Positions 1 through 10,261 of a stretch of 64,000 bases of DNA are shown here, one piece after another. The stretch lies in assembly GCA_963816425.1 (NCBI GenBank), contig CAWFKP010000006.1:190490-254489 (forward strand), written 5' to 3'. The position numbers and the translations under genes were made by a program. The notes beneath the pieces are model-generated. The model was not told the DNA's origin and searched no databases. It saw only the letters and a list, made by a program, of their open reading frames with translations. Position 1 is the stretch's first letter; the number at the start of each line of letters is the position of its first letter. Origin of the DNA: an uncultured Actinomycetes bacterium. Lineage in GTDB: Bacteria > Actinomycetota > UBA4738 > HRBIN12.

Positions 1-693
1 CAGCAGACTCTCCTGGATGCGGTCCAACGAGGCGTACAGCGGCAGGATCATGAACGGGATGTACCCGTACACGAGGCCCAGGACCAACGTGATGGACTTC
101 CCTTCGAGGAAGTTCGTCTGACCGAATCCGATGGGACGCAGGAGAACGTTCATCGGCCCGTTCGTGTCGAGCAGCCCCTGCCAGGCGTAGATGCGCATCA
201 GATAGCTGATCCAGAAGGGGGAGACGAGCAGGATCAGGATCAGGCCCTTGTACTTGGTTGCGAAGCGCGCCGTGTAGTACGCCACGGCGTACCCGAGCAC
301 CAGGCAGATGACGCTGGCGAAGAAGACGTACTCGAACGTGCGGATCAGCGGTTCCTGGTAGATGTGGCTGCCGACGTAGAACTGGCTGAGCGTCTGGTTG
401 AACGTGTCGAAGGACCACCACCACGGCGCGTAGTACGGAACGGCGAGGCCGAAGTTCTCGAAGTCCACCGTGCCGAAGGCGACCGACAGCACCACGTACA
501 GCGGCAGAAGGAACAAGACCACGAGGAACACGCTGGCGGGCGTGATGAACGACGGCCAGTACCACCTCGGGTACCAGACCCCGCTTTCCTTCTGCGCGGA
601 CTTCGTCCGCTTCTTCTTCCCCTTCGCGGGGACCGTCGCCGTGTCCGTTGACGCTATCTCAGGCTCCCGCCGTGATCTCGGTCCACGCCGCAA
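1..693 (-). CDS. ABC transporter permease, PotB/spermidine-putrescine type (N-terminal part; gene runs off the window start)
   Basis: Manual minus-strand translation gives ...WYPRWYWPSFITPASVFLVVLFLLPLYVVLSVAFGTVDFENFG...LILILLVSPFWISYLMRIYAWQGLLDTNGPMN...LVYGYIPFMILPLYASLDRIQESLL. This is multi-TM and typical of binding-protein-dependent permeases. It lies directly downstream of the PotD-like binding protein. It is absent from the ORF track because no stop lies inside the window. Start uncertain (possible TTG at 693). Confidence 0.75.
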   Translation of the reverse strand, partial: MRRGPRSRREPEIASTDTATVPAKGKKKRTKSAQKESGVWYPRWYWPSFITPASVFLVVLFLLPLYVVLSVAFGTVDFENFGLAVPYYAPWWWSFDTFNQTLSQFYVGSHIYQEPLIRTFEYVFFASVICLVLGYAVAYYTARFATKYKGLILILLVSPFWISYLMRIYAWQGLLDTNGPMNVLLRPIGFGQTNFLEGKSITLVLGLVYGYIPFMILPLYASLDRIQESLL

Positions 694-1900
694 GCCACAT
701 CTGGTCGACGTCGGGTGGCAACTCGTAGGGCGTGAGGTCCTTCTTGAACATGTCCTCCGTGACGACGGCCGACGCGAGGTTCTTGGGCACGACGCCGTCG
801 GCGATCAACGGGCTCGGGTCGATCGAGGTGAACGGTGGCTGGTAGCCGTTCCAATTGACGAAGTTGTCCGTCCCGTGCTTCTCGTCGAGCATGAAGTTGA
901 GGAACTCGTGCGCGAGGCGCGGGTTCTTCGACGACGTCGGGATCGCCAGGAGATCGTTGCCGATCATCGTCTTGCCGTCCTCCGGTCGCCAATAGCCGAG
1001 CACGTCGGTGCCGGTGCCGTTCGGTAGGTAGAACTGGGCGCCGACGATGTCGCCCGACCAGGATTCGGCGACGGTGAAGTCGCCCGCGGGGATCTTGGCG
1101 TAGACCCCGTTGATCGTGAGGCGCGCCGAGTTGTCGTTGATCGTCTGCAGGATCGCCTCCTTGGCGGCATCGATCAGCGCGGGATCGCCGGTATTCACTT
1201 CGAGACTGCCGTTGCGCAGGATCGTGATCGCGATCGTGTCGCCATAGGAGTTGTACAGGCTGATCTCGCCGTTGTAGTCGTTGTTCCACAGCGCGTTCCA
1301 ACCCTGAGCGGCGGCCTCGTCGTCGCTGACCCGGTCGCGGCGATACGCGACGCCCCACGTGTAGATCGTGTAGGGGACGGTGTATTCCCACCCCTGGTCG
1401 TAGTACGGCCCGGGGTTCGAGTAGCTCGGCCAGACGTTGGCCTCCATGTTGGGGATCAGCTCGTGTTGCAGCGGCTGCAGCAGGTCCTTCTGGACCAGTC
1501 GGCGCAGGTACCCGGGCGTCGGCACGAACACGTCGGGACTCACCTGCCCGTTGACGACCTTCTGGATGCCCTCCTCCAGGTTGTTGAAGGTGGTGATGTC
1601 GACCGAGACGCCGAACTGGTCCTCGAACTGGTGGACGACCGGCTTCCAGATGTAGTCGGCCCAGTTGTACAGGACCAACGGACCCGATTCGATCGGTGTG
1701 TCGGCCGCGATCGGGTCCTGGCTCATGGGGAGCGTGACCGGGTTCTCGAGGGTGGCGATCGGGATCTCGCCGGCGCCGCTCACGCTGGCGGTGCCCGGTT
1801 TCGAGCAGGCGGCCAGGATCGCGGCCAGGCTCGGCATGGCGACCGCCGCGCCACCCGCGCGGGTCAGGAACTGCCGACGGGACAAGTCCTTCCGGGGCAT
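659..1900 (-). CDS. Extracellular solute-binding lipoprotein, PotD/PotF (polyamine-type) family
   Basis: 413-aa ORF. N-terminus RRQFLTRAGGAAVAMPSLAAILAACS combines a twin-arginine signal and a lipobox Cys. The mature part resembles family-1 periplasmic binding proteins, and a permease follows immediately. Confidence 0.85.
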   Translation of the reverse strand: MPRKDLSRRQFLTRAGGAAVAMPSLAAILAACSKPGTASVSGAGEIPIATLENPVTLPMSQDPIAADTPIESGPLVLYNWADYIWKPVVHQFEDQFGVSVDITTFNNLEEGIQKVVNGQVSPDVFVPTPGYLRRLVQKDLLQPLQHELIPNMEANVWPSYSNPGPYYDQGWEYTVPYTIYTWGVAYRRDRVSDDEAAAQGWNALWNNDYNGEISLYNSYGDTIAITILRNGSLEVNTGDPALIDAAKEAILQTINDNSARLTINGVYAKIPAGDFTVAESWSGDIVGAQFYLPNGTGTDVLGYWRPEDGKTMIGNDLLAIPTSSKNPRLAHEFLNFMLDEKHGTDNFVNWNGYQPPFTSIDPSPLIADGVVPKNLASAVVTEDMFKKDLTPYELPPDVDQMWLAAWTEITAGA

Positions 1901-2136
1901 CTATTCCTCCTGTGCTGGTCGGGTGCCCTTCGGTTTGACCCCCGATTCAAACGCCGATTGCGCTGAGTACCATAGGTCGACCTCGCTATGCAAGGTCGGC
2001 TGCCGCATCGCCCGTTGTGGCTAGACCGTTCGGCCTCTCCTACTCGGTAGTACGGCCGAGCCGTGTCGCCGGATTCAGCCGCTGCCGACGCTTTGTGTCG
2101 GCCCCCGGTGGGGCGTTGCTAGCATCCACGCCTCGC

Positions 2137-3003
2137 ATGCCGCGAGTCACCGAGGAAGAGGGGATATCCGTGAGCGACGCCACCGCCGAGCCGGTCCTGC
2201 TCGTCGAGGACATCGGACCCGTCCGGCGCCTCACGATGAACCGGCCCCAGGCCCTGAACGCGCTCAACCACGAGCTCTCCGAGGCGATCTCGGCGGCGAT
2301 CCGCGATGCTGGGGCCGACGACGGCGTCTCGGTCGTGATCCTTCGGGCGGCGGGGCGGGCGTTCTGCTCGGGGTACGACCTGACCGAGGACGCGGACGAG
2401 GGCGAGCTGGACGCGCGAGCCTGGCACCACGATCTGGCGGCGGGCACGGCGAAGATGCTCGAGATCCTCGATTGCCCCAAACCGGTGATCGCGTCGGTCC
2501 AGTCTTATTGCCTGGCGGGCGGCACCGACCTCATGCTCGCCTGCGACCTGGCCGTGGTCGCCGAGGACGCGAAGTTCGGCTACGTGGACATCCGGTTCGG
2601 GTCCGGCGCCGTCTCGATGTTCCTGCCCTGGGTGGTCGGCGTGCGGGTCGCGAAGGAGCTGCTGTTCACTGGCGAGGATCGGATCTCGGCTGCGGACGCG
2701 TTGCGGATCGGGATGGTCAATCGCGTCGTCCCGCGCGAGGAGCTCGATGACGCCACGCTGGCGCTGGCCCAGGAGATCGCCAAGAACGAGCCGTTCGTGA
2801 TCCAGATGACGAAGCAGGCGCTCAACCGCGCGTGGGACGTGGCGGGGTTCCGCGCGGCGATGGCCGCCAACACGGAGCTCGACGTGATGATCGAGACGTC
2901 GAACCTGCCGGCCCGCGACGAGTTCCGGCGGATCACGAGCGAACAGGGGCTGAAGGCCGCGATCGCGTGGCGCGACGCCCGGTTCCGCGGTGACGATTCG
3001 TGA
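2137..3003 (+). CDS. Enoyl-CoA hydratase/isomerase (crotonase) family protein
   Basis: ORF 2017..3003. LTMNRPQALNALN, ILRAAGRAFCSGYDL and CLAGGTDLMLACDL are crotonase-fold hallmarks. I prefer the ATG at 2137 (MPRVTEEE...) because the upstream extension is Arg/Ser-rich and non-homologous. Confidence 0.85.
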   Translation: MPRVTEEEGISVSDATAEPVLLVEDIGPVRRLTMNRPQALNALNHELSEAISAAIRDAGADDGVSVVILRAAGRAFCSGYDLTEDADEGELDARAWHHDLAAGTAKMLEILDCPKPVIASVQSYCLAGGTDLMLACDLAVVAEDAKFGYVDIRFGSGAVSMFLPWVVGVRVAKELLFTGEDRISAADALRIGMVNRVVPREELDDATLALAQEIAKNEPFVIQMTKQALNRAWDVAGFRAAMAANTELDVMIETSNLPARDEFRRITSEQGLKAAIAWRDARFRGDDS

Positions 3004-5105
3004 CCCGTTGGAACCTGCAGCCCCTGCTGGCGCCGCGGTCGATCGCGATCGTCGGCGCGTCGGAGTCGCCCGACTCGTGGGCGCCCGAGATCGAGCGTTC
3101 GCTTCGGCATTTCGGCTTCGACGGCGACCTGTATCCGATCAACCCGAAGTACGACACGGTCTGGGGGCGCCCGTGCCTGGGCTCGATCGCCGAGTTGCCC
3201 CGCGGCGTGGATCTGGTGGTGTTCGTCGTGCCCGCGCGGGTGGTCGTGCGGATGATCGAGGACTGCGGCGCGCGCGGCGTGCGCGGGATCATGGTCGTGT
3301 CCTCCGGGTTCGCGGAGGCGGGCGACGAGGGTCGGGCTCTGCAGGCAGAGCTCCGCGAGGCGGCACTGCGCAACGCGATCCCCGTGCTGGGTCCGAACGT
3401 CGAGGGTTTCGTCAACTATGTTGACCAAGTGGCGCCGTACGGGACGACGCCGCCCGCGACGCCCACGAAGGGCGGCATCAGCGTCATCTCGCAGTCCGGC
3501 ACGGTCGCCTGGACGATGAACCAGATGGCCTCGGACCGGGCGGTGGGCCTTCGGATCATCCTCGGGGTCGGCAACGAGGCCGTCCTCGGGCTCGGCGACC
3601 TGTTCGCCTGGGCAGCGGCCGATCCGAAGACCACCGTCGTGACGAGCTACATCGAGACGATGCGCGACGTCGAGGGCATCGGCGCGGGCCTCGACGCGTT
3701 GCTCGCCGCGCGGAAACCGGTGCTGATCTGCGCGCCGGAGGGGAAGTCCGAGGCGGCGCTGCGCTCGATCATCGCGCACACCGGCGCCCTGGCCGGGAAC
3801 ACGGGCCTGCGCGACGCGTGGTTGCGTGGTCACGGCGTCGTGTTGGTCGAGGATCCGGTCTCGATGTTCGAGGCGGCCGTGTTGCTGTCCCACACCAAGA
3901 AGCTGCGGACCGCCGGTGTGGCCGCGGCGCTGCAGTCCGGCGGGGCGTGCACGCTGTTCGCCGAGGCGGCCGGCGCCGCCGACCTGCCGCTGCCCGAGTT
4001 CGCGCGCGCGACGAAGACGGCGCTGAAGAAGGCGTTGCCGTCGTTCGCGTCGCAGAACAACCCGCTCGATGTGACCGGTCAGGCCGCCGTGGAGACGGCT
4101 ATGTTCGTCGACGCCCTGTCGGCGCTGGCGCGCGATCCCGGCGTGGGGCTCGTGGCGTTCGACGCATTCCCGCCTCGGCTGCCCGGCGAGACGCCGTGGT
4201 CCGACCCCGTGCTGTCCAGAGCGATCGAGCTGCAGCGCTCGACGGGTGTGACGTTCGTGTCGCTGTGCATGAGCCCGCTCGCCTACACCGACGAGGCCAA
4301 GGGCTTCACGAAGGCGTGGAAGCAACTGCCGTTCCTGCAGGGACATCGGGCGTCGGCGAACGCGATCCGCGCGCTGCTCGAGTTCCAGGACGTGCGGCGC
4401 CGCGCTGTGCCGTCGCTGCCCCCGCACGCGAACCGTGCGAAGGCGCTGCGGGTGTTGCGCGGGGCCTCGGGGCCGGTGGACGAGGCGACCGGCGCCGCGC
4501 TGCTCGAGCTCTACGGGGTCCGGCGACCGAAGGAGGCGGTGGTCACGTCGCCGGCCAAGGCCGCCGCGGCTGCCGCCACGATCAGAGGCCCCGTGGCGGT
4601 GAAGGCGCTCGCGCCCGAGATCCCGCACAAGGCGCGGCTCGGCGGTGTGCGGTTGGGCCTGCGCGGCACCGGCGAGGTCGAGTCCGCAGCCGCCGACGTG
4701 TTGGCGGCGGCGCGCCGCGGCGGCGCGAAGGCGCCCAAGGTGTTGGTCCAGGAGATGGTGCACGGCCACGAGGTGCTGGTCGGCGCGATCGTCGATGAGC
4801 AGTTCGGCGCGACGATCACGATCCGTCCCGGTGGCGCCCTCGCCGAGGCGGGTGACGCCACCTTCGTCGCCGCGCCGCTGACCGCCAAGCAGGCCCGCGC
4901 ATACGTCGAGTCGCAGGCGGCCAGGTGCGGGCTCAACGCCGACGAGCACGATCTGGGCGCCGTGGCCAAGGCGGTGGAGGCGATCGCTCGCGCGACGCAC
5001 GACCTGCGGCACCGGATCACATCGCTCGAGGCCAACCCGCTCCTGGTCGGGCCGCGCGGGGCCGTCGCGGTCGACGCGTTGGCCGAAGCGAAGCCTTCCG
5101 CGTGA
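3000..5105 (+). CDS. ADP-forming acyl-CoA synthetase (acetate--CoA ligase family; CoA-binding + succinyl-CoA-synthetase-like + ATP-grasp domains)
   Basis: 701-aa ORF. N-terminal SIAIVGASESP...YPINPKY...VDLVVFVVPA is a CoA-binding domain, and the C-terminus is ATP-grasp-like. GTG start overlaps the crotonase stop (GTGA at 3000-3003). Confidence 0.85.
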   Translation: MTRWNLQPLLAPRSIAIVGASESPDSWAPEIERSLRHFGFDGDLYPINPKYDTVWGRPCLGSIAELPRGVDLVVFVVPARVVVRMIEDCGARGVRGIMVVSSGFAEAGDEGRALQAELREAALRNAIPVLGPNVEGFVNYVDQVAPYGTTPPATPTKGGISVISQSGTVAWTMNQMASDRAVGLRIILGVGNEAVLGLGDLFAWAAADPKTTVVTSYIETMRDVEGIGAGLDALLAARKPVLICAPEGKSEAALRSIIAHTGALAGNTGLRDAWLRGHGVVLVEDPVSMFEAAVLLSHTKKLRTAGVAAALQSGGACTLFAEAAGAADLPLPEFARATKTALKKALPSFASQNNPLDVTGQAAVETAMFVDALSALARDPGVGLVAFDAFPPRLPGETPWSDPVLSRAIELQRSTGVTFVSLCMSPLAYTDEAKGFTKAWKQLPFLQGHRASANAIRALLEFQDVRRRAVPSLPPHANRAKALRVLRGASGPVDEATGAALLELYGVRRPKEAVVTSPAKAAAAAATIRGPVAVKALAPEIPHKARLGGVRLGLRGTGEVESAAADVLAAARRGGAKAPKVLVQEMVHGHEVLVGAIVDEQFGATITIRPGGALAEAGDATFVAAPLTAKQARAYVESQAARCGLNADEHDLGAVAKAVEAIARATHDLRHRITSLEANPLLVGPRGAVAVDALAEAKPSA

Positions 5106-5962
5106 TCTACGGCCTCTTCGCGGCGCTCGGCTGGGGCCTCGCGGACTTCTTCGCCCACCTGGCGGGCAGGCGCCTCGGGTCGCTGATGGCTGTGCTGATC
5201 GGCCAGGTGTTGGCCGTCGTCGCGATTACGGCCATCTTCCTCGCGTCCGGCTATGGGCTCTCGTCGCTGAGCGGCTGGTGGTGGCTGGTGGCCATCAACG
5301 GCGTCGTCGCGATGTCGGCGTATGCGCTGCACTACCACGCACTTGAGCTGGGTCCGGTGTCCGTGGTCTCACCGATCGGCGCCGGCTACGCGGTGGTGGG
5401 CGTGCTGCTCTCGATCGTGGTGCTCGGCGAGCGCCCGAGCGCGTTGGCGATGATCGGCATCGGCTGTTCGATCGTCGGCGCGGTCCTCGTGTCCACCGAC
5501 ATCACGGCGATGCGCGCCGGCTTGCGGCAGCATCCCCCGGGACTGTGGTGGGCGGTCGCCTCGGCGATCGGGTTCGGCGTGGCGGGGTTCACGTTGGGGG
5601 TCGTCTCGCAGAAGACTGGGATCTGGCAGGTGGCGACCTTCGCCTCGAGGTGGGCGATGGTCCTTGCGTTCGCGCCGCTGGCGATCGCGCGTCGCGGCGA
5701 GTTCTCTCGCCTGCGAACGGCGACGCTGTTGGGTGTGTCCTTCGCGCTGATCGCGGGCGCGACCGATGTAGTGGGGGTGGCGAGCTACTCGGCCGGCGCC
5801 GAGTCGGGTGACCTCTCGATCGTGCTCGCGGCGAGCGCCGTCTTCCCACTGATCGCCGTGCTGCTGTCGCACGTGACGCTGCACGAGCGACTGGCGACCA
5901 ACCAGTACGTCGGCGTCGGGTTCGTCGTGCTCGGCCTGCTGATGCTCGGTCTCGGCTCGTGA
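5102..5962 (+). CDS. EamA/DMT-superfamily transporter
   Basis: In frame with ORF 4925..5962. About ten hydrophobic segments form two EamA-like halves. The GTG at 5102 overlaps the upstream stop (GTGA); the upstream part of the ORF is Arg-rich overlap with the preceding gene. Confidence 0.75.
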   Translation: MIYGLFAALGWGLADFFAHLAGRRLGSLMAVLIGQVLAVVAITAIFLASGYGLSSLSGWWWLVAINGVVAMSAYALHYHALELGPVSVVSPIGAGYAVVGVLLSIVVLGERPSALAMIGIGCSIVGAVLVSTDITAMRAGLRQHPPGLWWAVASAIGFGVAGFTLGVVSQKTGIWQVATFASRWAMVLAFAPLAIARRGEFSRLRTATLLGVSFALIAGATDVVGVASYSAGAESGDLSIVLAASAVFPLIAVLLSHVTLHERLATNQYVGVGFVVLGLLMLGLGS

Positions 5963-5975
5963 CACGAGGAGTCCG

Positions 5976-6389
5976 TCACTGGGATGGTTCCGAGCTTGCA
6001 GAGGGAGTGGCGTGCGTCGGAGCAATCTCGACGGGAAAGGTGAAGACGACTCCGAGGGACGACAGATCGTGCGGGTTTGGCGAGATCCCCCACGCGATCG
6101 GCCGCTCGGTCGTAATGTCGTAGACGAACACCAATGCCGTGCCCCTGATGTTGTCCACGCTCTCTTGCGTCGGACCCTTGGAGAGATAGCCACGGAACGC
6201 ACCCTGCAGCTGCACGACGTATACCGGGGCGGATTGGTCACCGGGGTCGCCTTCGGCGGTCCCGTACGTAAGAACCAGACCGGGACCGCGCGTCGTTCTT
6301 ACTGCTTCGGCGGTCGTGGGCGGCGGAGCCGCAGGATCGATGCTTCCCGACCCCAACGAGTCAGCGATCCGTTTGAAGATCTTTGACAT
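5976..6389 (-). CDS. Hypothetical protein; possibly the mature part of a frameshifted lipoprotein
   Basis: 137-aa ORF with reasonable codon usage, in a segment of visibly lower G+C. No recognisable motif. A lipobox-type signal (IACIVLLASCA) lies just upstream in another frame (about 6440-6475). Confidence 0.45.
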   Translation of the reverse strand: MSKIFKRIADSLGSGSIDPAAPPPTTAEAVRTTRGPGLVLTYGTAEGDPGDQSAPVYVVQLQGAFRGYLSKGPTQESVDNIRGTALVFVYDITTERPIAWGISPNPHDLSSLGVVFTFPVEIAPTHATPSASSEPSQ

Positions 6390-6546
6390 CGGACTCGTCG
6401 ATCGACGAGTTGATAGCGCCCGCTCCAGTCCTGGTTGCGCAAGAGGCCAGCAGGACGATGCAAGCGATCAGCGAGTAGGTACGGGTGGTGTCCGGTTAAC
6501 CCTGTCTCCATGCGACCTCCGACAGAACGACGGACTCGCCGATTAG

Positions 6547-7260
6547 TCATGGGCATCCACCAGTGGCGGAAGTCACATGGGCTCCTTGATATGTGGTCAG
6601 CCAATCGATCGCGTAGGTGTCTTGCTCCTGGAGTGAGGCGTGGTTGGCGCCGTTGACCCAGTCGCCGTGCCATCCGCCCCCCGTGTCCCGCCATCGCAGG
6701 AACTTCACATACGCGTCGACGTGGGGCGCGGTTGCGGTTGACTCACTACCTGCCGCGAGCCATTCGGCCGGGGCCAAGAAGTTGGGCGTCGAAAGTCCTA
6801 TCGGACTGCCATCACGGAATATGTCCCAAGCTCCCTCGCCTCTGTACTGGATGAGCGAGTCATAGTCCCTGTCGAGATTGACCGATAGTCCTGCGAAATC
6901 GTGCTCGAAGTATCCGTAAAAGGGTCGGTTGTCGGCCCAGAATCAGTACCGGATGTTCGTCGGAACGGATTCATCCCACGGATCGCCGAGCGCCATTCCT
7001 TCCTCAACCCAATTGGACGCGTTGGCGTTCGCCACCCAGAGCTCATCGTCTGCCATGTGGGAGTCTGAGCTGTTGACGTCCAAACAGGAGACTCGAATCT
7101 GCGCTTCCGCGCCAGAGTTCGACGGAGCTTGCGCCCATCGGACCCGACCGTAGCAGCGTGTACCCGAGGTGCAAGCGCTGGCTGGTTGCATCACGGTGGT
7201 CAGCATTCCCACGGTGAGAATCGACGAGAGGACAAGAGCAGCTACTCGCCTGACTTTCAT
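6547..7260 (-). pseudogene. Secreted protein of unknown family, interrupted by one in-frame TGA (6943-6945)
   Basis: ORF 6943..7320 (signal peptide MKVRRVAALVLSSILTVGMLTTVMQPASA from the ATG at 7260) ends ...PTNIRY-TGA. The same frame continues without a shift as FWADNRPFYGYFEHDFAGLSVNLDRDYDSLIQYRGEGAWDIFRDGSPIGLSTPNFLAPAEW..., joining ORF 6547..6777. I verified this by reverse-complementing 6721-6960. Confidence 0.6.
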
Positions 7261-7374
7261 TCGTCGCCCCGAGGGATCAATCGGCCACTGCACTATGGCG
7301 CATATATCGCAAGAGTGCAACCGGGGGGGGCGTTCCCTATCCCTAAGGCTCGTGCGATTGCACGAGGCGGCTAC

Positions 7375-9033
7375 CTAGCCGACGCCGTGGCGGTAGAACT
7401 CGACCTTCTCCGGCGCCAGCGGCGTGTTCCCGAGGATCAGGTCGGCAGCCTTCTCGGCGGTCATCATCACCGGCGCGTAGATGTTGCCGTTCGTGACGTA
7501 GGGGAACACGCCGGCGTCGACGACGCGCAGACCCTCCGTGCCGTGCACCTGCATCGTGAGCGGATCGATCACCGACATCGGGTCGGTGGCGTCGCCCATC
7601 TTCGTCGTGCACGACGGGTGCAACGCGGTCTCGCCGTCGCGCGCCACCCAGTCGAGGATCTGCTCGTCGGTGTCGACGCTCGGTCCCGGTGAGATCTCCC
7701 CGCCGTTGAACGGGCTCATCGCCGGCTGGTTGAGGATGGCGCGTGCGACGTGGATCGCCTCGACCCACTCGCGACGGTCCTGGTCGGTCGACAGGTAGTT
7801 GAACCGCAGCGCGGGGTGCACGGCCGGGTCGGCGCTCTTGAGGCGGATCGTGCCGCGCGCGTCGGAGTACATCGGGCCGATGTGCACCTGGTAGCCGTGG
7901 CCGCCCTCCGGCGCCGAGCCGTCGTAGCGGATCGCGATCGGCAGGAAGTGGAACATGAGGTTGGGGTAGGCGACGTCCTCGTTGCTCCGCGCGAACCCGC
8001 CCGCCTCGAAGTGGTTGGTGGCGCCCGGGCCCTTCTTGAAGAGCAGCCACTCGGCGCCGACGAACGGTCGGCGCCACATCTTCATGTAGGGCGCGACCGA
8101 CACCGGCTGCAGGCACTTGTATTGGATGTAGACCTCGAGGTGGTCCTGGAGGTTCTCTCCGACGCCCGGCACGTCGGCGACGGGTGCGATGCCGTGCGCT
8201 TTGAGGTGCTCGACCGGCCCGACCCCCGAGAGCATCAGGGTCTGCGGGGAGTTGATCGCGCCGCCGCACAGGACGACCTCGCCGGCACGCACGCGGTGCG
8301 TCGAGCGCCCGCGCGTGTACTCGACGCCCACCGCCCGCGTCCCCTCGAACAGGATCCTCGAGACGAACGCGCGCGTCTGTACCTCGAGGTTCTGCCGGTG
8401 CATCACGGGGTGGAGGTAGGCACGGGCGGCGGAGAGGCGCTTGCCGTCGTGCACGTTCCGGTCGAACGGCGCGAAGCCCTCCTGCCGATAGCCGTTGACG
8501 TCCTCGGTCAGTGGATAGCCGGCCTGCTGCACCGCCTCGAAGAAGGCGCCGAACAGCGGGTTGGTGGCCGGGCCCCGCTCGAGGACGAGCGGGCCCGAGT
8601 GCCCGCGGAACGGGTCGTCTCGCTCGGCGGCCAGGCAGGATTCCATCCGCTTGAAGTAGGGCAGGCAGTGCGCGTAGTCCCAGGTCTCCATGCCGGGGTC
8701 GGCGCCCCAGCGCTCGTAGTCCAGCGGGTTGCCGCGCTGGAAGATCATGCCGTTGATGCTGGACGAGCCGCCCAAGACCTTGCCGCGCGCGTGATAGACC
8801 TTGCGCCCGTTCATGTGCGGCTCGGGCTCGGACTCGTACTTCCAGTCGTAGAACCGGCTGCCGATCGGGAACGCCAGCGCGGCGGGCATGTGGATGAAGA
8901 CGTCCCACGGGTAGTCGGAGCGGCCGGCCTCCAGCACGAGGACCCGGTTGTCCCTGTCCGCGGACAGGCGATTGGCCATCGCGCTGCCGGCCGAGCCGCC
9001 GCCGATGATCACGAAGTCGTACGTTTCGGTCAT
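7375..9033 (-). CDS. betA: Choline dehydrogenase / GMC-family flavoprotein oxidoreductase
   Basis: C-terminal 552 aa of ORF 7375..9675 starting [24 protein letters not shown] (ADP-binding fold). [27 protein letters not shown] and the C-terminal GMC signature are present. ATG at 9033. Confidence 0.85.
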   Translation of the reverse strand: MTETYDFVIIGGGSAGSAMANRLSADRDNRVLVLEAGRSDYPWDVFIHMPAALAFPIGSRFYDWKYESEPEPHMNGRKVYHARGKVLGGSSSINGMIFQRGNPLDYERWGADPGMETWDYAHCLPYFKRMESCLAAERDDPFRGHSGPLVLERGPATNPLFGAFFEAVQQAGYPLTEDVNGYRQEGFAPFDRNVHDGKRLSAARAYLHPVMHRQNLEVQTRAFVSRILFEGTRAVGVEYTRGRSTHRVRAGEVVLCGGAINSPQTLMLSGVGPVEHLKAHGIAPVADVPGVGENLQDHLEVYIQYKCLQPVSVAPYMKMWRRPFVGAEWLLFKKGPGATNHFEAGGFARSNEDVAYPNLMFHFLPIAIRYDGSAPEGGHGYQVHIGPMYSDARGTIRLKSADPAVHPALRFNYLSTDQDRREWVEAIHVARAILNQPAMSPFNGGEISPGPSVDTDEQILDWVARDGETALHPSCTTKMGDATDPMSVIDPLTMQVHGTEGLRVVDAGVFPYVTNGNIYAPVMMTAEKAADLILGNTPLAPEKVEFYRHGVG

Positions 9034-9222
9034 CTGCCCTCCCGTCGCCCTCGCGAAGTCTGACACGCCTCGGGCGCGCTCTGCGCGCCGGGTGTTGTCG
9101 AGACGGCAACCGCCGTGTTGCGCGTTCCGCGCCAGTGGCACACCATCCGGCGGTCGGCTCGAACGCGAGGGGCTCGCCGTGAGTGAACAGAAGCAGACGG
9201 CGGACGTGAACGAGGGGGCTAC

Positions 9223-10261
9223 GTGAGCCAAGTGAGCGACGAACCGCAGGCGACCGTGTCGTGTCGCAACGTGTGGAAGATCTACGGCGCGAACGCGGAC
9301 AAGATCGTGGGGACGCCGACCGCGGATCTGCCGCGTGCGGATCTCCTCGCGCAGACCGGGTGCGTCGCCGCCGTGCGCGACGTGTCGTTCGACGTCGACG
9401 GCCGGCGAGGTCTTCGTCGTGATGGGCCTGTCGGGATCTGGGAAGTCGACCCTCGTGCGGATGTTGAATCGGATCCACGACCCCACCGCGGGCGAGGTGC
9501 TGCTCGACGGCGACGACATCATGAAGCTGGACGAGGATCGGTTGCGCGAGGTGCGGCGCACGAAGATCTCGATGGTGTTCCAGCACTTCGGTCTGCTGCC
9601 GCACCGCCGGATCGTGGACAACGTCGGGTTCGGGCTCGAGATCCGCGGCGTCGAGAAGACGGAGCGCGAGGCCAAGGCGAACGAGGTGCTCGAGACCGTC
9701 GGCCTCGGCGGGTGGGCGGAATCCTATCCCGACGAGCTGTCCGGCGGGATGCAGCAACGGGTCGGCCTGGCCCGCGCGCTCGCCACCGATCCCGAGATCA
9801 TGCTCTTCGACGAGCCCTTCTCGGCGCTGGACCCGCTGATCCGTCGCGACATGCAGGACGAGGTGATCCGGCTGCAGCGCGAGGTGCGCAAGACGATGAT
9901 CTTCATCACCCACGACCTCGCCGAGGCGCTGAAGCTGGGGGACCGTATCGCGATCATGAAGGACGGCAAGTTCGTCCAGGTCGGCACGCCCGAAGAGGTG
10001 GTCGCCAACCCGGCGGATGACTACGTCGCCGACTTCACGCGGGACGTGCCGCGCGCACACGTGCTCACGGTGCGCACGATCATGCGCCCCGTGAACGGCG
10101 GCGCTGACTACGCGGGCGACGTCGCGGCCTCGACGATCGTGCAGGACCTGCTCGAAATGGTCGTCAACGAGCACCGCCCGTACCGCGTCGTGGACGACGG
10201 CGCGCAGATCGGTGTCGTGGATCGCACCGCCGTGCTCGAAGCGATGATCGAGGTCAAGTAG
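9223..10261 (+). CDS. proV: Glycine betaine/proline betaine ABC transporter ATP-binding protein (ProV/OpuAA type), with an apparent 1-nt frameshift near 9400-9404
   Basis: ORF 9223.. encodes [13 protein letters not shown]...[14 protein letters not shown] 9335..10261 continues with [17 protein letters not shown] (Walker A), [26 protein letters not shown] and a C-terminal CBS-like region. The junction is gac-gtc-gac-g-gcc-ggc-gag, so removing one G restores DVDAGEVFVV. Confidence 0.8.

Noticed and set aside
6943-6945. Selenocysteine or other recoding at the in-frame TGA of the secreted protein.
   Set aside because: No stem-loop (SECIS-like) lies in the 40 nt downstream. The context (IRY-x-FWAD) is not a redox motif. 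The gene lies in a region with other lesions, so a nonsense mutation or base error is simpler.
9395-9410. Programmed ribosomal frameshifting at proV and the other shifted genes.
   Set aside because: The junctions have no slippery heptamer (X XXY YYZ) and no downstream pseudoknot-like structure. Shifts occur in both directions, in unrelated genes, and in G/C runs. This is consistent with indel errors or decay.
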